This document shows, one piece after another, positions 1 through 13,667 of a stretch of DNA of 62,817 nucleotides. Origin of the DNA: Psammoneis japonica (Eukaryota); contig QPGO01000015.1 of assembly GCA_008632985.1 (NCBI GenBank), forward strand, positions 1-62,817, in the 5' to 3' direction. A program made the position numbers and the translations under genes. Each line of letters starts with the position of its first letter. Positions within the stretch are counted from its first letter, which is position 1. The notes beneath the pieces were generated by a model, which saw nothing but the letters and a program-made list of their open reading frames with translations, did no database searches and was not told the origin of the DNA.

Positions 1-387
1 GACCGGCATGAGAGAGAAGAACAAACAATAACACACGCAACTAGACCTAGAAACTTGATGACAGAAAAAAAAAATGAAAAATGAAAATCGAAAATCGCTG
101 TCGTCGTTCGTCATGCGTCCGTCGTCCTTTCCATCAAGCAAGCAGTTCGCATCATGAGTATATCAACCAAATCTGCATACCTACATAAAGAGAGACACTA
201 ATTGTGGCTTACGTACCCATCTTTTTTACGTATGTAGCTTTGTATGACGTTCCCGACACGACATCGCCCAAACGCGTCATCATCGCATTCTCCCCATCAT
301 CCGCCGCCGCCGGCCCCCCGCCAAAAGTTTGAAACCACAAAAATTCACGAAAATTTTAGAGAAGCCAGTCTCTCCGACCACTTGACC

Positions 388-1933
388 ATGGCGCCTCAGC
401 TTATCCCGGCTACATCACTCACACAAAATGATAATGGCTTGAAATTGCATTCCAAGAGTCACCTCAAGCAGTCGTTTCGTCGGCTTCTTCGAAAAGCTCT
501 CCTGGCTTTAGCTTTGGCATCGTTGATCTACATTTTGGTTGCCAAGAATTATGTCGCCAAGTGCCAGTCACCGAAACCTTTGAAGTCGTGCCCTGCTCCT
601 TCGGAAAAGAAGAGGCGTCGGAAACTTTGGAAAAAAGAAGAAAGAATCGAAAAGGAAATAGAATCGACAGAGGACGAAGAAGTTTCCGTCTTTTGTCGTG
701 CAGCACGGAATACTTTCGAGTATTTCCCATGGCTTCCCGATATTGAGCGCCAAGAAACAGCGACTGACGAAGTATGCCAATCCTTTGCAGAAGAAAAACC
801 AAAGCATGGACCAATTAGGAGGCTTCTTGCAAAGCTCAAACGAAAGAAAAAGAAGTTTGTATCAGAAGAAACAGATGCGCATTACCACAAGGCATTTACG
901 ACTGAGATGAAAATCACTCCAGCTCAGAAACAACTTATCGCAACCCTAAGTGATCGGGTGCTGAGCGAAGCATCAGAGAAGCGGCTGGAACATGTTGCAT
1001 GGGGTGGACATGGTGGGCCTTACTGGTGGTGGCCTAATCGTGCACATACGAACCAACCAGGAGGCTATGGTGTCGCTGGAGGCAACCTTTTGGCAAGCTA
1101 TCTGAGAATCATGCGTTGGCCAGAGGTACGAATTGTGACTCTCCTATTTTCTGGATTCCGGTTGTTCAAACAAAAATGTTACTCACCCCTTTTCATGTTT
1201 GTGATTGAAATCCTAGGATATGATTATTCATTTTCCCTTCAAACTGTGTCATGAGGGATGTTCAGCGGAAAAGGCAATCTTTCATACACTAGAGTGGCGC
1301 GAAAAGTACAAACCATGGCTCATGACGCCATCTGCAATGAAAGAAAATGAAGACGGATTTGTATATACTCGAGGGCATAGCCAGTCTCTGAGTGGGGATA
1401 ACTCGGGGCATTCCATGGTTTGGTACCGTGTGGGAATGCACAAAGTTGTTGATCCCGAGGCGTACTTTCGAGCAATTCTCAATACACTGGATCATTCGAT
1501 CGCAGACAACTTGAAAAGGTCTCACAATAAGGTTGGAAAGTATAATGTGGTTATGGACGGAAATCATTTCAGATTCTCCATGATGCCTAATTTGAATGAT
1601 GTAAAGCGCGGTTTATTGATGATGCAGGATCATTTTCCGGACCGGCTAGGAATGGTGTTTATTGCGAACTTGAGCAGGCCGGGAGAGATATTGTTCAATC
1701 TTATCACGCCATTCATCAGTAAAGAGGTCAGGGACAAGATCAAGTTGCTACCCCATGATGTGGAGAAACGACAAGCTGTGTTGGAAGCTGTGGTTGAGAA
1801 GGAGTCTATTCCTCATTGGCTGGGAGGATCCGACAGCTACGAGTTTGACGTCAACACTTACTATCCATCGCGAGTTCACTGGACCGAGAAGGAAGGCCGA
1901 GAGTACTTACAAACCATGCCATACCACGCCTAA
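388..1933 (+). CDS. CRAL-TRIO (Sec14-like) lipid-binding domain protein with N-terminal TM segment; intron 1126-1216
   Basis: Two ORFs join in frame across a GT..AG intron (WPE|DMIIHFP). Sec14 motifs include TLEWREKYKP, MQDHFPDRLG and ITPFISKEVRDKI...IPHWLGG. Confidence 0.85.
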
Positions 1934-2474
1934 GCCATATCACTGCTAGCTAGGTAACTATTGCTACGTGCTACTTCTCTGTTGGTGAGTAGGAAAGCGA
2001 CTCTCTAGCTAGAATCTTTGTTGCGCGCCATGTTCCGCTAGGGCCCTAGTAGCTCAAAACCTGTATGAAATGCGACGGATCCATCGTCAAAGAAGGAGGC
2101 ATTAGTGAGAAATCTACTCCGTCCCTCTTTTAGTCTGTGTTGCATAGTCTAGCTCTGATGATGTACCGGTAGGTCGCGCCATGTTTGGTGTTCTCATGCA
2201 TACCGGCAGGGCTCAAAACCAGTCTACTGAACTCACCCTGCGTACATTTCTACATACGCCCATTCTCTGTTGATATGTATGAAGAGACACCCCGTAGAAT
2301 CCACGTTAGTTGTACCAGCCAACGAGGGAATTCGATCTTCGAAAAATCCGTTGCTTTTCTGTTTCTGGGCCACGAGAAGACACCGTGCACTGTGTACCGG
2401 CATCGAAAATCACGCACACAATCAAAAGCAGCCTGTCATTTTCGCAGCAAGCAGCAACCGTTCCCGATTCAACC

Positions 2475-3125
2475 ATGGCGACCCCGCAGCCAACGCCCGA
2501 GTTCAAGCTCATCCTCGTCGGTGACGGCGGTGTCGGTAAGACGACCTTCGTGAAGCGTCACTTGACGGGCGAGTTCGAGAAGAAGTACGTCGCGACTTTG
2601 GGTGTGGAAGTCCATCCGCTTACTTTCCACACGAACCGCGGTCCAATCAAGTTCAACGTTTGGGACACGGCCGGTCAGGAGAAGTTCGGAGGCCTCCGTG
2701 ACGGATACTACATCCAGGGCCAGTGTGCCATCATCATGTTTGACGTGACGTCCCGTATCACGTACAAGAACGTGCCCAACTGGCACCGCGATCTCACGCG
2801 CGTCTGCGAGAATATTCCGATCGTTCTCACCGGAAACAAGGTCGAGATCAAGGATCGCAAGGTCAAGGCCAAGCAGATCACCTTCCACCGCAAGAAGAAC
2901 CTCCAGTACTATGATATCTCCGCGAAGTCGAACTATAACTTTGAGAAGCCCTTCCTCTGGCTTGCCCGCAAGCTTAGCGGTGACGGACAGCTTCAGTTCG
3001 TCGAGGAGATTGCTCTTCAGCCTCCGGAGTTCACCATTGATGAAGAGACCAAGCTTGCCTACGAGCAGGATCTTGCCCAGGCTGCTGCTCAGCCTCTTCC
3101 GGAAGACGACGACGATGAGCTTTAG
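2475..3125 (+). CDS. RAN: GTP-binding nuclear protein Ran
   Basis: [49 protein letters not shown] and the acidic DDDDEL tail. Strong codon bias typical of a highly expressed gene. Confidence 0.99.
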   Translation: MATPQPTPEFKLILVGDGGVGKTTFVKRHLTGEFEKKYVATLGVEVHPLTFHTNRGPIKFNVWDTAGQEKFGGLRDGYYIQGQCAIIMFDVTSRITYKNVPNWHRDLTRVCENIPIVLTGNKVEIKDRKVKAKQITFHRKKNLQYYDISAKSNYNFEKPFLWLARKLSGDGQLQFVEEIALQPPEFTIDEETKLAYEQDLAQAAAQPLPEDDDDEL

Positions 3126-3403
3126 ACGCTCAGTAGGGATCTCGACGTACGCGTCATTGGCGACGCGCGAAGAATTCAGATGGTTTTATCGTGATGACCC
3201 GGGAGTCAATCACGGATCAACGGAAATCGATGAAATAAAATAGAAAATCTGTGTGCTTTACGTTTTAGTCTTTTTGTGTTCCGTGCCTGCATAAGGTAAT
3301 TCTATTTAGTTTACGTAGTGTTGAGTCTTCGCTTCATTGCTTACACGCCGCAATTGAAAGCGCTCCCTAACAACGGCGAGATCAATTTCCACTCATACGC
3401 CGT

Positions 3404-5068
3404 TCACTGCATCTTGGAAGAGTGTGGATTAAATATCCAGACGCTGTCGTGCATGTCTTGGCTTTTGTCGTCTTGGACCCAATCCAGCTTCGCATGAGTT
3501 GCATTTGCCACATGAAGGTGGCCGTATCCGTACTCAAATCGATCTCGTTTTGCTACCCACTTTTCTTGCTCCTCATTCTGATATCCCGGTACGTGGTGCT
3601 CTCGATTGCCGCCAGCTCCTTTGTTCCAACAACACAATCGGACAGGCGTGAGGAGGATCGAAGTAATTGTCACTTCTACAGGAAGGGCTCTGCCGAGACT
3701 TACCGACTGTAAGGTAAATCGGGCCACTACTATTCACCTGTCCAAACGCAAGAGGGTGGGTTCTCATGTAGCCGTGGTCGTGTCCATTCACAACCAAGTT
3801 TACCTTGTGACGGACAAACAACGGTTCCATTGTCTCTTTCATTATCGCGGGCTGCGTTTCATTCACGTGTCCGGTAAATGTAGTGTAAAGAGGTGCATGA
3901 AATACAACCATAAGCCAAGGCGTCTCAGATCTATCAAGCGACTGGAGGTGATGTCGAAGCCACTTGTGTTGTGCTGAATCAACTCTCACGTCACTGTAGG
4001 AGCTCAGTGCGATAATGTGGAGCAGCCCGTGATTCACTGCAAAAAAGCTGTTGCCGTAGTCGTAGTGATAGTGTCCGAGCATCACGTTTGGCTCGTTCTG
4101 ACGCATCGAAGCCAGTGCCGCTTTCTTGGATGCCGGTTTCCGTTTGTCGGGTCCAATCCTATTCGGGTTTCTGAAGTAATGCTCGAAGAACTGAAAAGGC
4201 ATGTTGGTCACCTTATCACATTCAATCTCGTGCTGTGCAGGACGTAAGCAAATAAGATGATATTGTTGAGATCTCATACCAATAATTGTATTACAACAAA
4301 AAAGAGAACGTAGGCACATACATTGCCGGCGGCCGCTACCAGTGGAACCGACCGAAACAAAGGTTCCATCAGATCCAACCACCGAATCCATCGACGCGGA
4401 ACGCTATCCGCATACGAAAGATCGCCAGCAAACACAACCAAAGAAATGGGGTTGGTATTCTTTGGAGAGGAAGCTCGATGAATATGGGCCATGGTTGTAG
4501 TTGAGTCCTCAGTCTGGCCAAGATCCCCAATAAGTGCAACCGTGGTTGGGTATTCAGGAAGCGGAGGCGTCTGAAACAGCATTGTCGGTGAAACCGCCAA
4601 AGGCTTTGTCGTCTCTTCATGGCTGCGGTCGACTTGAATACGATACCAATATCGCATACTACCAGCTCTTAGCTTTGGTAAGGTAACGTGGAAAATAAGA
4701 TCCCTCTGGAAAAAGTTCCCGGTCTTTGGGCTCGTGTAATTGAAATGAATTGCCTCAGACGATGCTCGTCCTTCCGGAAACAGACCACGCCCATATACAA
4801 CAGTTGGAATCGCGCCACGGCACTCTTCGTAGTCCAACGAGAAAGATACCGTCATGTTCAAGATATAGTCGCGTCCTTGGGCTTTTTGAGCATTGGAAGC
4901 TTGGCTCATGTGAATCCTTCGGGGAAAGCAAGGTTTCGGTCCGTCACGGGCACTCAAGCTATGGTAAAGCTCGTTTGGAAACTTTGCACCAGACAGAATG
5001 AACCCGAGATTCAAGCAAACTAGTGCAAATTGCGAGGCCCAATTTAGCCGATTACAGAGGAAAGCCAT
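3404..5068 (-). CDS. Purple acid phosphatase (metallophosphoesterase); introns ~4233-4321 and ~3619-3703
   Basis: PAP metal ligand motifs GDLG, GDLSYAD, GN|HE (split by an intron), VFHAPLY, GHDHGYMR and G|AGGNRE. N-terminal hydrophobic segment. Confidence 0.9.
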
Positions 5069-5405
5069 GCTGATGCGGCGCTTGTTGTTTTTTCAGAACA
5101 TTGTATGTCAGCACCGCAACTTTCAACTTGACAGCGCAAATTAGCGTACGTATCGTTTCATCCACACTTCAGAAATAATGACGTCATTTCGGAAAGTATA
5201 ATGTCCGATTCGCGACACGACCGCCAACCGCCACGTTTTTGCATCGACGCCAACAAACATGGAACTGGGAAAAACCACGTCGTTGTTGCATTCTTTTGTT
5301 CTGTTGCACCTCGTCGCTGGATGCTACTCATCTGAGTAATAGCATATCGTACGTTGGGTTTGTTGCGAGTTCGATAAGGGCTCGCTGTTTCATTTTCTTA
5401 ACAAG

Positions 5406-7103
5406 ATGACTTTTCGCGAAGTGAGGATTGCCTCACTCCTACTGATCCTTGCAGGTAGCGGACATTCTCTCGTGGTTCCGTCGAAAGCAAAACTTTTTCA
5501 GTCGACAAGAACACTCGCGAGCGCCCCCATGAGTTCAGTCCCGATGTCCTCGTCGGCTACTTCAGACGACATATCGATAAAAATGAGCAAAGCTAATGCA
5601 CCCGAAGAGCCAGATGTTGTGGAAGAATACACGCAGACTTTTGAAGACAGCGAGGACATCAGAGATCAAGCAATGCACATTGAACAGAGTTTTGACAAAA
5701 GCGATGGAGACAGCACTGATAGATGTTTGGTGCCAATATCTTCAAAGGCACGTTTTGTTCAATCACTGCCCAAGATTCTGAAAAAAGGCGACGAGCTGGA
5801 TCGAACAATCCTGACAACTGCAATTCCAAGCATGATCAATCTTGCCGTCGTTCCAATAGTGAACAGCGTCGACACTTTTTGGGTGGGTCGCATGGGAAGC
5901 GCACTTTCATTGGCAGGACAAGCAGCTGCAAATCAAGCCTTCTTTACACTCTACTTCTTGGTGGCATTTCTTCCTACCATTACTGCTCCCCTTGTGGCTA
6001 AAGCTGTTGGATCGGGTGATACCGAGTCTGCTCGAAGTCGTGTATGCGAGGCGTTGTTCCTAGGAAACGTGTTGGGTGGACTAGGAACTCTTGTCTTGGC
6101 GGGATTTCCGCGACTTGGATTGAGCATGGTCCTTCCGCCCGACGCTCCTGCTATGGCATATGCTGCGCCGTACTTGAGATGGCGGGCCTTGTCGATGATT
6201 CCTGCCTTGGTGTCGGCAACTGGTTTTGCCGCATATCGAGGCATGCTCAACACCATCACACCCCTGAAGGTGTCATTGGTAACCAACGCTCTTAATTTGG
6301 TCCTCGATCCGTTAGTCATGTTTGCGGGTAGAATGGGTTTTGTTGGAGCTGCTGTGGCCACCGCTACGTCTGAAGCGACATCAGGCTTCATCTACTTCAA
6401 GCTCCTACTACGAAAGAAGCTTGCCAATTGGTCCCAGATGTTTAAAGCGCCTGCGCTGTCGCAATTGATACCTCTTCTCCAAGGCGGTGCGGCAATGTTG
6501 GCGCGTCAGTTGGCTCTCAATATTGGTTTCGTTACCGCAACTCGTCGGGCTCAAGCCATGGACCCCACCGGCGTTGCTGCTGCAGCGTATGGGATCGTAA
6601 TGCAAATGTACTCTGTAGGTATAGTCATGCATGTGGCAATACAAGGCACGGCTGCGGCGTTGGTACCCTCGGCTCTTGCAAAAAGTGGTATAGACGAGGC
6701 CCGTTCCGTTGCAGATCGAATATTTTCCTGGGGATCCATTCTCGGTGTTGTGTTGGGATTGACGCAAATGATAGCTCTCCCATTTCTTGTCCCACTTTTT
6801 TCGACTCTTCCCGAAGTGCAAGATGCAGTTCGCTACCCTGCACTTATTTCGTCCATGATTCATGTCATAAATGGCCCTGTTCTCGTCGGCGAGGGAGTCA
6901 TGATGGGTCTAGGCTCTTACAAGGCATTGGCTGGAGTAACCAGTGTTGGAATTGGAACTATGGTAGCATTTCTCGCATCGCCACTGGGAAAACGATTGGA
7001 TGGAATCCTGTTTTCTATGGCCGCCTTTTGCTTGCTACAAGCAGTAGGCGTCGTCACCCATCATTTGCGATGGGGGGCTTTGTCTCGAAGAAAACAGAAC
7101 TAA
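5406..7103 (+). CDS. MATE family efflux transporter (DinF-like), probably with targeting presequence
   Basis: VDTFWVGRMG, LNLVLDP and GFVGAAVATATSE motifs; about 12 TM segments; signal-peptide-like N-terminus. Confidence 0.92.
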   Translation: MTFREVRIASLLLILAGSGHSLVVPSKAKLFQSTRTLASAPMSSVPMSSSATSDDISIKMSKANAPEEPDVVEEYTQTFEDSEDIRDQAMHIEQSFDKSDGDSTDRCLVPISSKARFVQSLPKILKKGDELDRTILTTAIPSMINLAVVPIVNSVDTFWVGRMGSALSLAGQAAANQAFFTLYFLVAFLPTITAPLVAKAVGSGDTESARSRVCEALFLGNVLGGLGTLVLAGFPRLGLSMVLPPDAPAMAYAAPYLRWRALSMIPALVSATGFAAYRGMLNTITPLKVSLVTNALNLVLDPLVMFAGRMGFVGAAVATATSEATSGFIYFKLLLRKKLANWSQMFKAPALSQLIPLLQGGAAMLARQLALNIGFVTATRRAQAMDPTGVAAAAYGIVMQMYSVGIVMHVAIQGTAAALVPSALAKSGIDEARSVADRIFSWGSILGVVLGLTQMIALPFLVPLFSTLPEVQDAVRYPALISSMIHVINGPVLVGEGVMMGLGSYKALAGVTSVGIGTMVAFLASPLGKRLDGILFSMAAFCLLQAVGVVTHHLRWGALSRRKQN

Positions 7104-7667
7104 AAGGATGTTAGGCTACTGATACTTCTTTTAGCTAAAAGTGTAACAAAATACTGGTAGTCTACCAGTACTGTAGTATTCAAGTTATGGTCCCTCGATC
7201 CTGATAGATCGGACGGCTGGGATAGAGTGTCTGACCGCCTAATTTCTATCTACGCAAGACAAAATAAATCTCCAAAAAAAAAAAACGAAAAAGAAAAAAA
7301 ACAAAACAACAACAGATAGAAGGAAGAAGGTGATGCCAAGGAGAGATTGCCACCACCAGTCTTCCCCTGGGTTTGTTGCTGTAAATTCATTTAGAAAGCA
7401 GAACCTGCAACCAGATTTTCACAGACGAATGCAATCGCCTAGGTGTTTCGTGGTCCCAAAGAAAAGTTGTAAAACGAGCTTGCAGTCACCTGCCTAGCTG
7501 TCACCATTCTTGTCTCGACGGTCTACAGCTCCTGGGCTCTTGCGCGTCCCCACGTCTCCAAGACCTTTTCCAACACATTCACGAGATTCGATCGTTGTAG
7601 CAACTTGGGGAAAATGGCTCGGGCCGCCTGTCACGGTAGAAGTACCAGCAGCGGGAAGAGCGACGGA

Positions 7668-8818
7668 ATGCTGGGCTTTCGCGAATATTTAAAGCTTCAA
7701 GATGGCACTGCCGACCATCTAGTGTTGGGAAATGAAGCTGGAGATGCTGATAGTATTGTGTCGGCCATGACTTTGGCCTACGTCGACTCCTTTGTCTCCT
7801 CGAAATCTCCAGTGATTTCCATAAACCGCGCCGATATGAACTTGAGGCGCGAAACTGTTCTCTTGTTGGAGCTCGCTGGTGTGGACGTTAACGACTTGGT
7901 GTTCATTGATGACCTCGAAGGAGGAGTTACAAAGCGTAGAAAGGTAACGCTCGTGGATCATAATCGCCTGGCTGATAACTTCCGACCAAGGTTTGACGTG
8001 GTTGAAATTATTGATCATCACGAGGATGGAAAAAATCACGCCAATGTTGTCGGGAATGCTCGAGATATCGCCTTTGCCAACGACAAGGCCCTTGTAGCTT
8101 CAACATGCACATTGGTGGTTGAACGGATGAAATCTCTGAAACCACCGTATAGTCCAGATTTAACCTTGCCGCTGCTGGGCGTCATTTTGCTCGATTCTGC
8201 AAACATGTCGGCTTCTGCGGGAAAAGGAACCGCAAGAGACCAAGCTGCTATTGACGAGATACTGCAACACACAGACTGGTCATTGTTGTCAGAAGAATCT
8301 GCTTCCTTGTATACTGATGACTCTGGAGCGCCAGATACGACCCAGCTGTATAAGCGATTGAGTGAGAGTAAGTTTGATCCAACGTTCTGGAACGAGCTAA
8401 GTGTGACTGATGCCTTGCGGCTTGATTACAAATGTTTTCAGGGGGGCAATGCAGCGGATGTTTTTGGTGCTTCCACTGTTTTATTGCCCTTGTCCTCCTT
8501 TCTTGCAAAGGCGGACTTGGTAAAGAGTTTACAAAATTTTCTCGAGCAATCACAGATACCTTTGTTGGCCGTAATGAGCGCCTGCTGGATAGACGGAAAG
8601 CCTCAGCGAGAACTACTTCTCTGTGGCAAGGAGCAGTTAGTAGCAGACATGTCCAGTTTCTTATTGCAGAACAAAGAAAGTGAATATCTTGAATTGGAGG
8701 AAGTGAAACCGAGCTTCGCAGAGAAAACATGCCGATGCGACAGTTTCGGCAGAGAAATGGCAAGGCGAGTCGCAAACAAGTTGCGCCAATCATGCAAAGG
8801 TTCTTCAATCAAGACTAG
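7668..8818 (+). CDS. Exopolyphosphatase PRUNE/PPX1-like (DHH family); apparent 1-nt frameshift near 8700-8730
   Basis: GNEAGDADS, LVDHN, IIDHH, ASTCTLV, GVILLDS and LRLDYK motifs. The family C-terminus FRQRNGKASRKQVAP lies in a shifted frame. Confidence 0.88.
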
Positions 8819-8948
8819 CAGCTGTGCCTTTATAAAAAATAATGGAGATTGAGTTTTTTAAGATGTCGTAGCAACCGACTGAGTTTGCTGTCAAATACAG
8901 CGCTTGCTGCAACCTTCCTCTCGGCAGCTTCTCAGAAAGAAAAATGGT

Positions 8949-9435
8949 TTACCATCCATCATTCTTTTCAGGATTGCTCCACTGCGGGTGAAGCTGGCCT
9001 AGGTCTTTTTGCGCAACAAGGTGGTAGTATTTCTCCGCCTGCTCGCGGCAGTTTTCATAGTGATTTACTCCCTCCTTTCGGTAGCACTCAATCACATCTT
9101 TTCTCAGCAGCTTGACGGTCTCGTACGCAACCTGACGTTCACGAGCACGTTGCTCGTTGGCTAGAAGAAATTTGACAGGATCCTTTGCGCGTCCTCTCTG
9201 CGAATAAAGCAAGTGATAACAAGTTAGCAAAAAAAACACAGGCAATGTTCGAGCGACTGAACTTCTCTTGCCATCAAACACGGTTTCCCAAAGCATGTCA
9301 TCAAAGTGCGACGTAGAAATCATACGGAGCGGTACGAGTGACAGCATCGAAACATACCTCTGAACCTCGTTCCTCGTGGGGGTGCGGCTGAAGACTTCCG
9401 TCAATCACCTTGGGTTTATCGTACATTGTCGTCAT
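8949..9435 (-). CDS. NDUFB10: Mitochondrial complex I subunit NDUFB10 (PDSW); intron 9198-9357
   Basis: ECYRKEGVNHYENC motif. Exon 1 MTTMYDKPKV...RGSE splices GT-AG onto RGRAKDPVKF. Confidence 0.82.
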
Positions 9436-10004
9436 GGTTCTGGCTTTTTTTTCTCCTCTCTTCAACCTTCACCCTGCTTTTAGAAGCCGCAACAAAGAAC
9501 AAGAGCACTCGTTGCCGAAAGGTTGAAAGTGGTAAAAAGGACACACGCACACACCATTTCGCGTTGTCCGTTTGTCCGATTGCAACCACTGTCATGTCGG
9601 TCTGTGTGTGAGCACTGTACTGTACGTCGTACGTGCGAGGCAGCCTGCTCAACGCTCCCTCAACTCAACGGATGATACAACATTCATACACGACGTTTTG
9701 GATTGAAAATTTGATTCATTGCCACGTCACACAGTGCACGCTATGCGCTATCACGCACGCACGCACCGACAAAGCAAAAAAGCACGAACGAAGCAAGCGC
9801 CAACCAGCAGAGGCCAATGGCAGGCCAACGTCGTTGACGAGAAACGGAGTACTGCAGTAACAAGCCGACACTCACTGGGATTGTCATTTCGAACTAAGCA
9901 ACAATTGCGAAGTGCAGCTTGGTTTGCTTTTGCTTGGAACTCTTGTGCCTTTTTCCTTGAATTTCTTCGAAGGCTCAACGATTGTAGTAAAATCAAAATT
10001 TGAA

Positions 10005-11376
10005 ATGGTGGGCGCCCTGTATTCCAACTATCGGTCTGTCATTTTGCTTTCGCTGTTGCTCCTTGCCTTTCACGCCATGGCAGCCATATCGTGGATACCA
10101 AGACCAGTTGCGACGGCTGTTTCAGCTGCAGCTTCGTTTGCCTTTCTATCGGGTAGGCGTGTACGATCACTGACCAGGGTGCGTACACAGCGTAAGGTAT
10201 CTCCTGACGATGCTTTCCCGAGTACCGTTCACATGATTGTTTTGGTGCATGGTTGGCTTGGTAATGATTCGGAGCTCGGGTATTTGGAGAGGCACTGACA
10301 AAAGAGACGAATGAGTCGACAAAGTTTGCCATTTATTCCGCTAAATCGAATGTGGGACGTACTTCTGACGGCATAGCTCCGGGTGGGGAGCGATTGGCCG
10401 AGGAAATTACGGAACAAATTAGTCAGTACAACGAAAAGAGTGAAACAGTGACGCTGTCATTTGTTGGTAATTCACTCGGGGGGTTGTACGCTCGATATGC
10501 CTTGTCGAAGATGAATTTGACCAACGTAGAGCCTTTGGTGTTTTGCACCACAGCTACGCCTCATCTCGGTGTTTCAGAACACACGTACATAAAAATTCCA
10601 AGATGGGCAGAGAAGGTGGTTGCGCACTCTATGAAGCCTACCGGGTTGGACTTGTTTCGATGCACTGATGTCTTGGAAAGAATGGCCCAGGAGACAGAGT
10701 TCATTGAGCCCTTATCCAAGTTCAAGAAACGAATCTCCTATGCCAACGCCTTTGGAACAGATTTCCAAGTTCCGACTACGACCGCCGCATTTTTGTCTCC
10801 AGAGAGCAGCTACCCTCATGTACCGATTGATGATTCCTCTTCCTTTGTCGCTCTCAAGGTGGAAACACCTCCAAATCAGGAAGTGGTTGACGATACCTGT
10901 GCATCACAAAAATTAGACTCGTTGGGCTGGACCAAGGTTTTCTGCGACGTTCGCAATGAAATACCCGTGCCCTCTGTGCCTTTGTCGTCCTCACCAAAGG
11001 CCGAGGAGAAGGTGTCTACGGAAGAAGCGATGCCACTACAGCGACGGGACTCGTTTACAAGTGGGGAGCTCATTCCAATGATGACGAAAGGCGGCGAACG
11101 ATGGCATTTCCCGCTCGGCCATACTGTACTTGTGGTAAGCTTTTGTGAAAACGCACTACAGAAAGTGGGGCCAAGCCTACATAATATGGCGTCTCATCTT
11201 CTCCTGCTTCAGCGTCCATAATATGGTGTCTCATCTTCTTCTGCTTCTTTGTTTCATTGCAGGCCAATTCTAAAAGCGACTTGGTTGCAAACATTAACTC
11301 GAATGGAAGGCCAATCGTTGACCAACTTGCGTCTTCGTTAATTGATGACATTAGACAATTCGAAAAGGAAATTTAG
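10005..11376 (+). CDS. DUF676 putative serine esterase/lipase; frameshift near 10290, intron ~11135-11262
   Basis: IVLVHGWLGN, RTSDGIAPGGERLA, nucleophile motif SFVGNSLGGLYARYA, ATPHLG and YANAFGTDFQVP. Confidence 0.88.
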
Positions 11377-11540
11377 TGATTAACCTACAACGCTGAACAG
11401 CTCACTTAGAGAATGGAGAGGTATACAGCCATAACAAAATTAGAGACTGGGGTTTCCAATTCCTAGATTATGACGGCACGTTTCTATCACTTGTTGCCCC
11501 CGCTCTCAAAATGCGAGCACGGGGGAGACTTTTGTCATGT

Positions 11541-13383
11541 CTATCTGAGCTCGTCAATGGCCCAGTTCAGGTAGGCACGGAAATATCTAGCTGCCGCAAG
11601 TGGCATGTCCCTCGGAACTCCAACTCTGTCGCGCAGATAAGCTAAGCTGGCAGCCACATCCCCCCTTCTCTTAGGGACGGCGTCCTTCAACTTGTCGCTT
11701 AACGAGTCAGGAGGAGTTTCCTGCATCAGCGCCAGACAAACGACGCGTAGTGCGGCATCCACCAGCGGTTTAATGGAGTCGTCGGGTGCCGCATACGGGT
11801 CGGCAAGCTCGGCGCCAAATGTCTTGCGTGGATTCGATGCACCAGCAGGACCACCTCTTGCGGCAAAACGAGAAACATTTTCACCGTTGTCGGCAAGTTT
11901 CCAAGCAGCAAAATCCTTACAGGCCTTGGCCATTACGTCTGGATCGCAAGATTTGTAGGACCCGCTTTCGTCAGGGGCTAGGTTCACGGCCTCAAGCGCA
12001 GCAAGTGGCAGCGGAGGCCCATGATACAAAGGTTGGAGAGGATCATCGTGCGGAAGCGGCAGCGTCCAGGAATCACCCTGCAAAAGTTGCATAGGCGGAG
12101 GATAAGATGTACAAAAAAGGTAAGTCGGAACGGTCGGCACCGAAAACTTACCTTTCCCAACAACATATTGGAGAATTCTTTGCGGTCTTTCTCAAACCCA
12201 CCATCATATCCAGGCCCGTACTGAGGAGGAATATCCTTTACATGAGTGTAGTAATCTGATTTGAAAGCGAGATAGCACTCCCGCTTTTCAAAAGCCTCCA
12301 ACCACCGATTCAAACCTTTGAAATTCCACTTTGGATCACGAAGATCCAAGCCTTTCCAGTACGCACATGATGCGAGCATACGCTCAACATGAGAGACATA
12401 GATAAAGTCAATCATGGTGGGATAGTCATAGTCATCAAAAAACCAAGGACCAGATGTGGACGTCAACGCGTCATCAACCTTTCTCATGCAATCAAGGAAA
12501 CCCTTCATTGAGCCCGAGACGGTTTCATCGGAACCCTTTCCTTTCAGCATATCAAAGACATTTCCTCCTAACCTAGGTCCCTCTGGACGAAAAAGAAGAG
12601 TGCACCACCAAGAGAATAGTTCTCTTTCCAGCCTTGACAGCTCCTGTACTTTAGCCCAGCCTTCTGCATCGCTGTCGTCAGGCAACATCGGTTTGTAACC
12701 TTCACTTTTCGGATGCCACTGATCGAGCAATTCCATGATAACTTGACTTTCGGTGATAATTCGAGAGTCACCATTTTCATCTTCAACCTCTATCGCAGGT
12801 AAGAGGCCGTTGGGAACTTTTCGCAAGAACTCTGGGGGCTTGTCTCCGTAGCTTCTCATTGGCACCTGCGAGAGAGAAGATTCCAACGTGTTAGTAGGAA
12901 CAAGAAACTGTTCTCGCGGTACACGTAATGGAAAACGCATACCAGAGAGATTTTGATGGGTATTTCTTTTTCTTCAATGAGCAACATGGTCTTTTCGCAA
13001 TATGGGCACCATCCAGCGTGGTCTCGGTACAATGTAATCTTGGGAGTGTCCTTCGAGTTGAAAAGTCGGAGCGTGTTCTGCACATGTGCGGAGCCTTTTC
13101 CAGTCTGACGACGCGAGACCTCTTCATTAATAGCTGCCCCAACCTTGGATTCCGCCGACTTTGATTTCAGATCTGACCAGGTGGGAACTGCAGTTGCTTG
13201 GGCCGAATCTTTTGTTGACATTTTGAGAGTCCAGCACTCTTTCCCTCCGACGACGGATCTCGAGTGATGCAACGTTCCCGCAGATGAAAGCGGTAGTCCA
13301 ACACTTCCGATAGACGGTGAAAATGCTTGAACACCAGATATTAACCAAAGATAAGCTACTGTGGTATGAAATGCCGTCTTCAT
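11541..13383 (-). CDS. Glutathione S-transferase-like protein, probably plastid-targeted; introns 12866-12942 and 12078-12151
   Basis: LYRDHAGWCPYCEK thioredoxin-fold motif, VPMRSYGDKP, GLLPAIE...ITES and SDYYTHVKDIPPQYG. The VQA-F cleavage site resembles a diatom bipartite presequence. The start codon could be a few codons upstream. Confidence 0.88.
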
Positions 13384-13667
13384 GGCTATTCCCATTGTTT
13401 CGAGCGCACTTAGCACATTTTTGGTTTCTCGCTTCGGCGGCAAAAACACGTCACACTGTCACAACCGGTGACTGTCGAATGACAGACCTGGGACGGGAAA
13501 TAATTTAGTCGTGTTTGCCACCCATTCTTTTAATCAGAAATTGCGTGAATAGCATATTCTAAGTAGTCAACAAAACCGATTTTTTATTATATTTCTCAGG
13601 AAGTCATGAACAGCAGGCTGATAAAATTGAAGGCACAGTACTACATAGAAGTAAGCGGCATGAGGCA

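Noticed and set aside
3404..8818. Phosphate-metabolism gene cluster (purple acid phosphatase plus exopolyphosphatase)
   Set aside because: Only two genes, separated by an unrelated MATE transporter; chance adjacency is likely.
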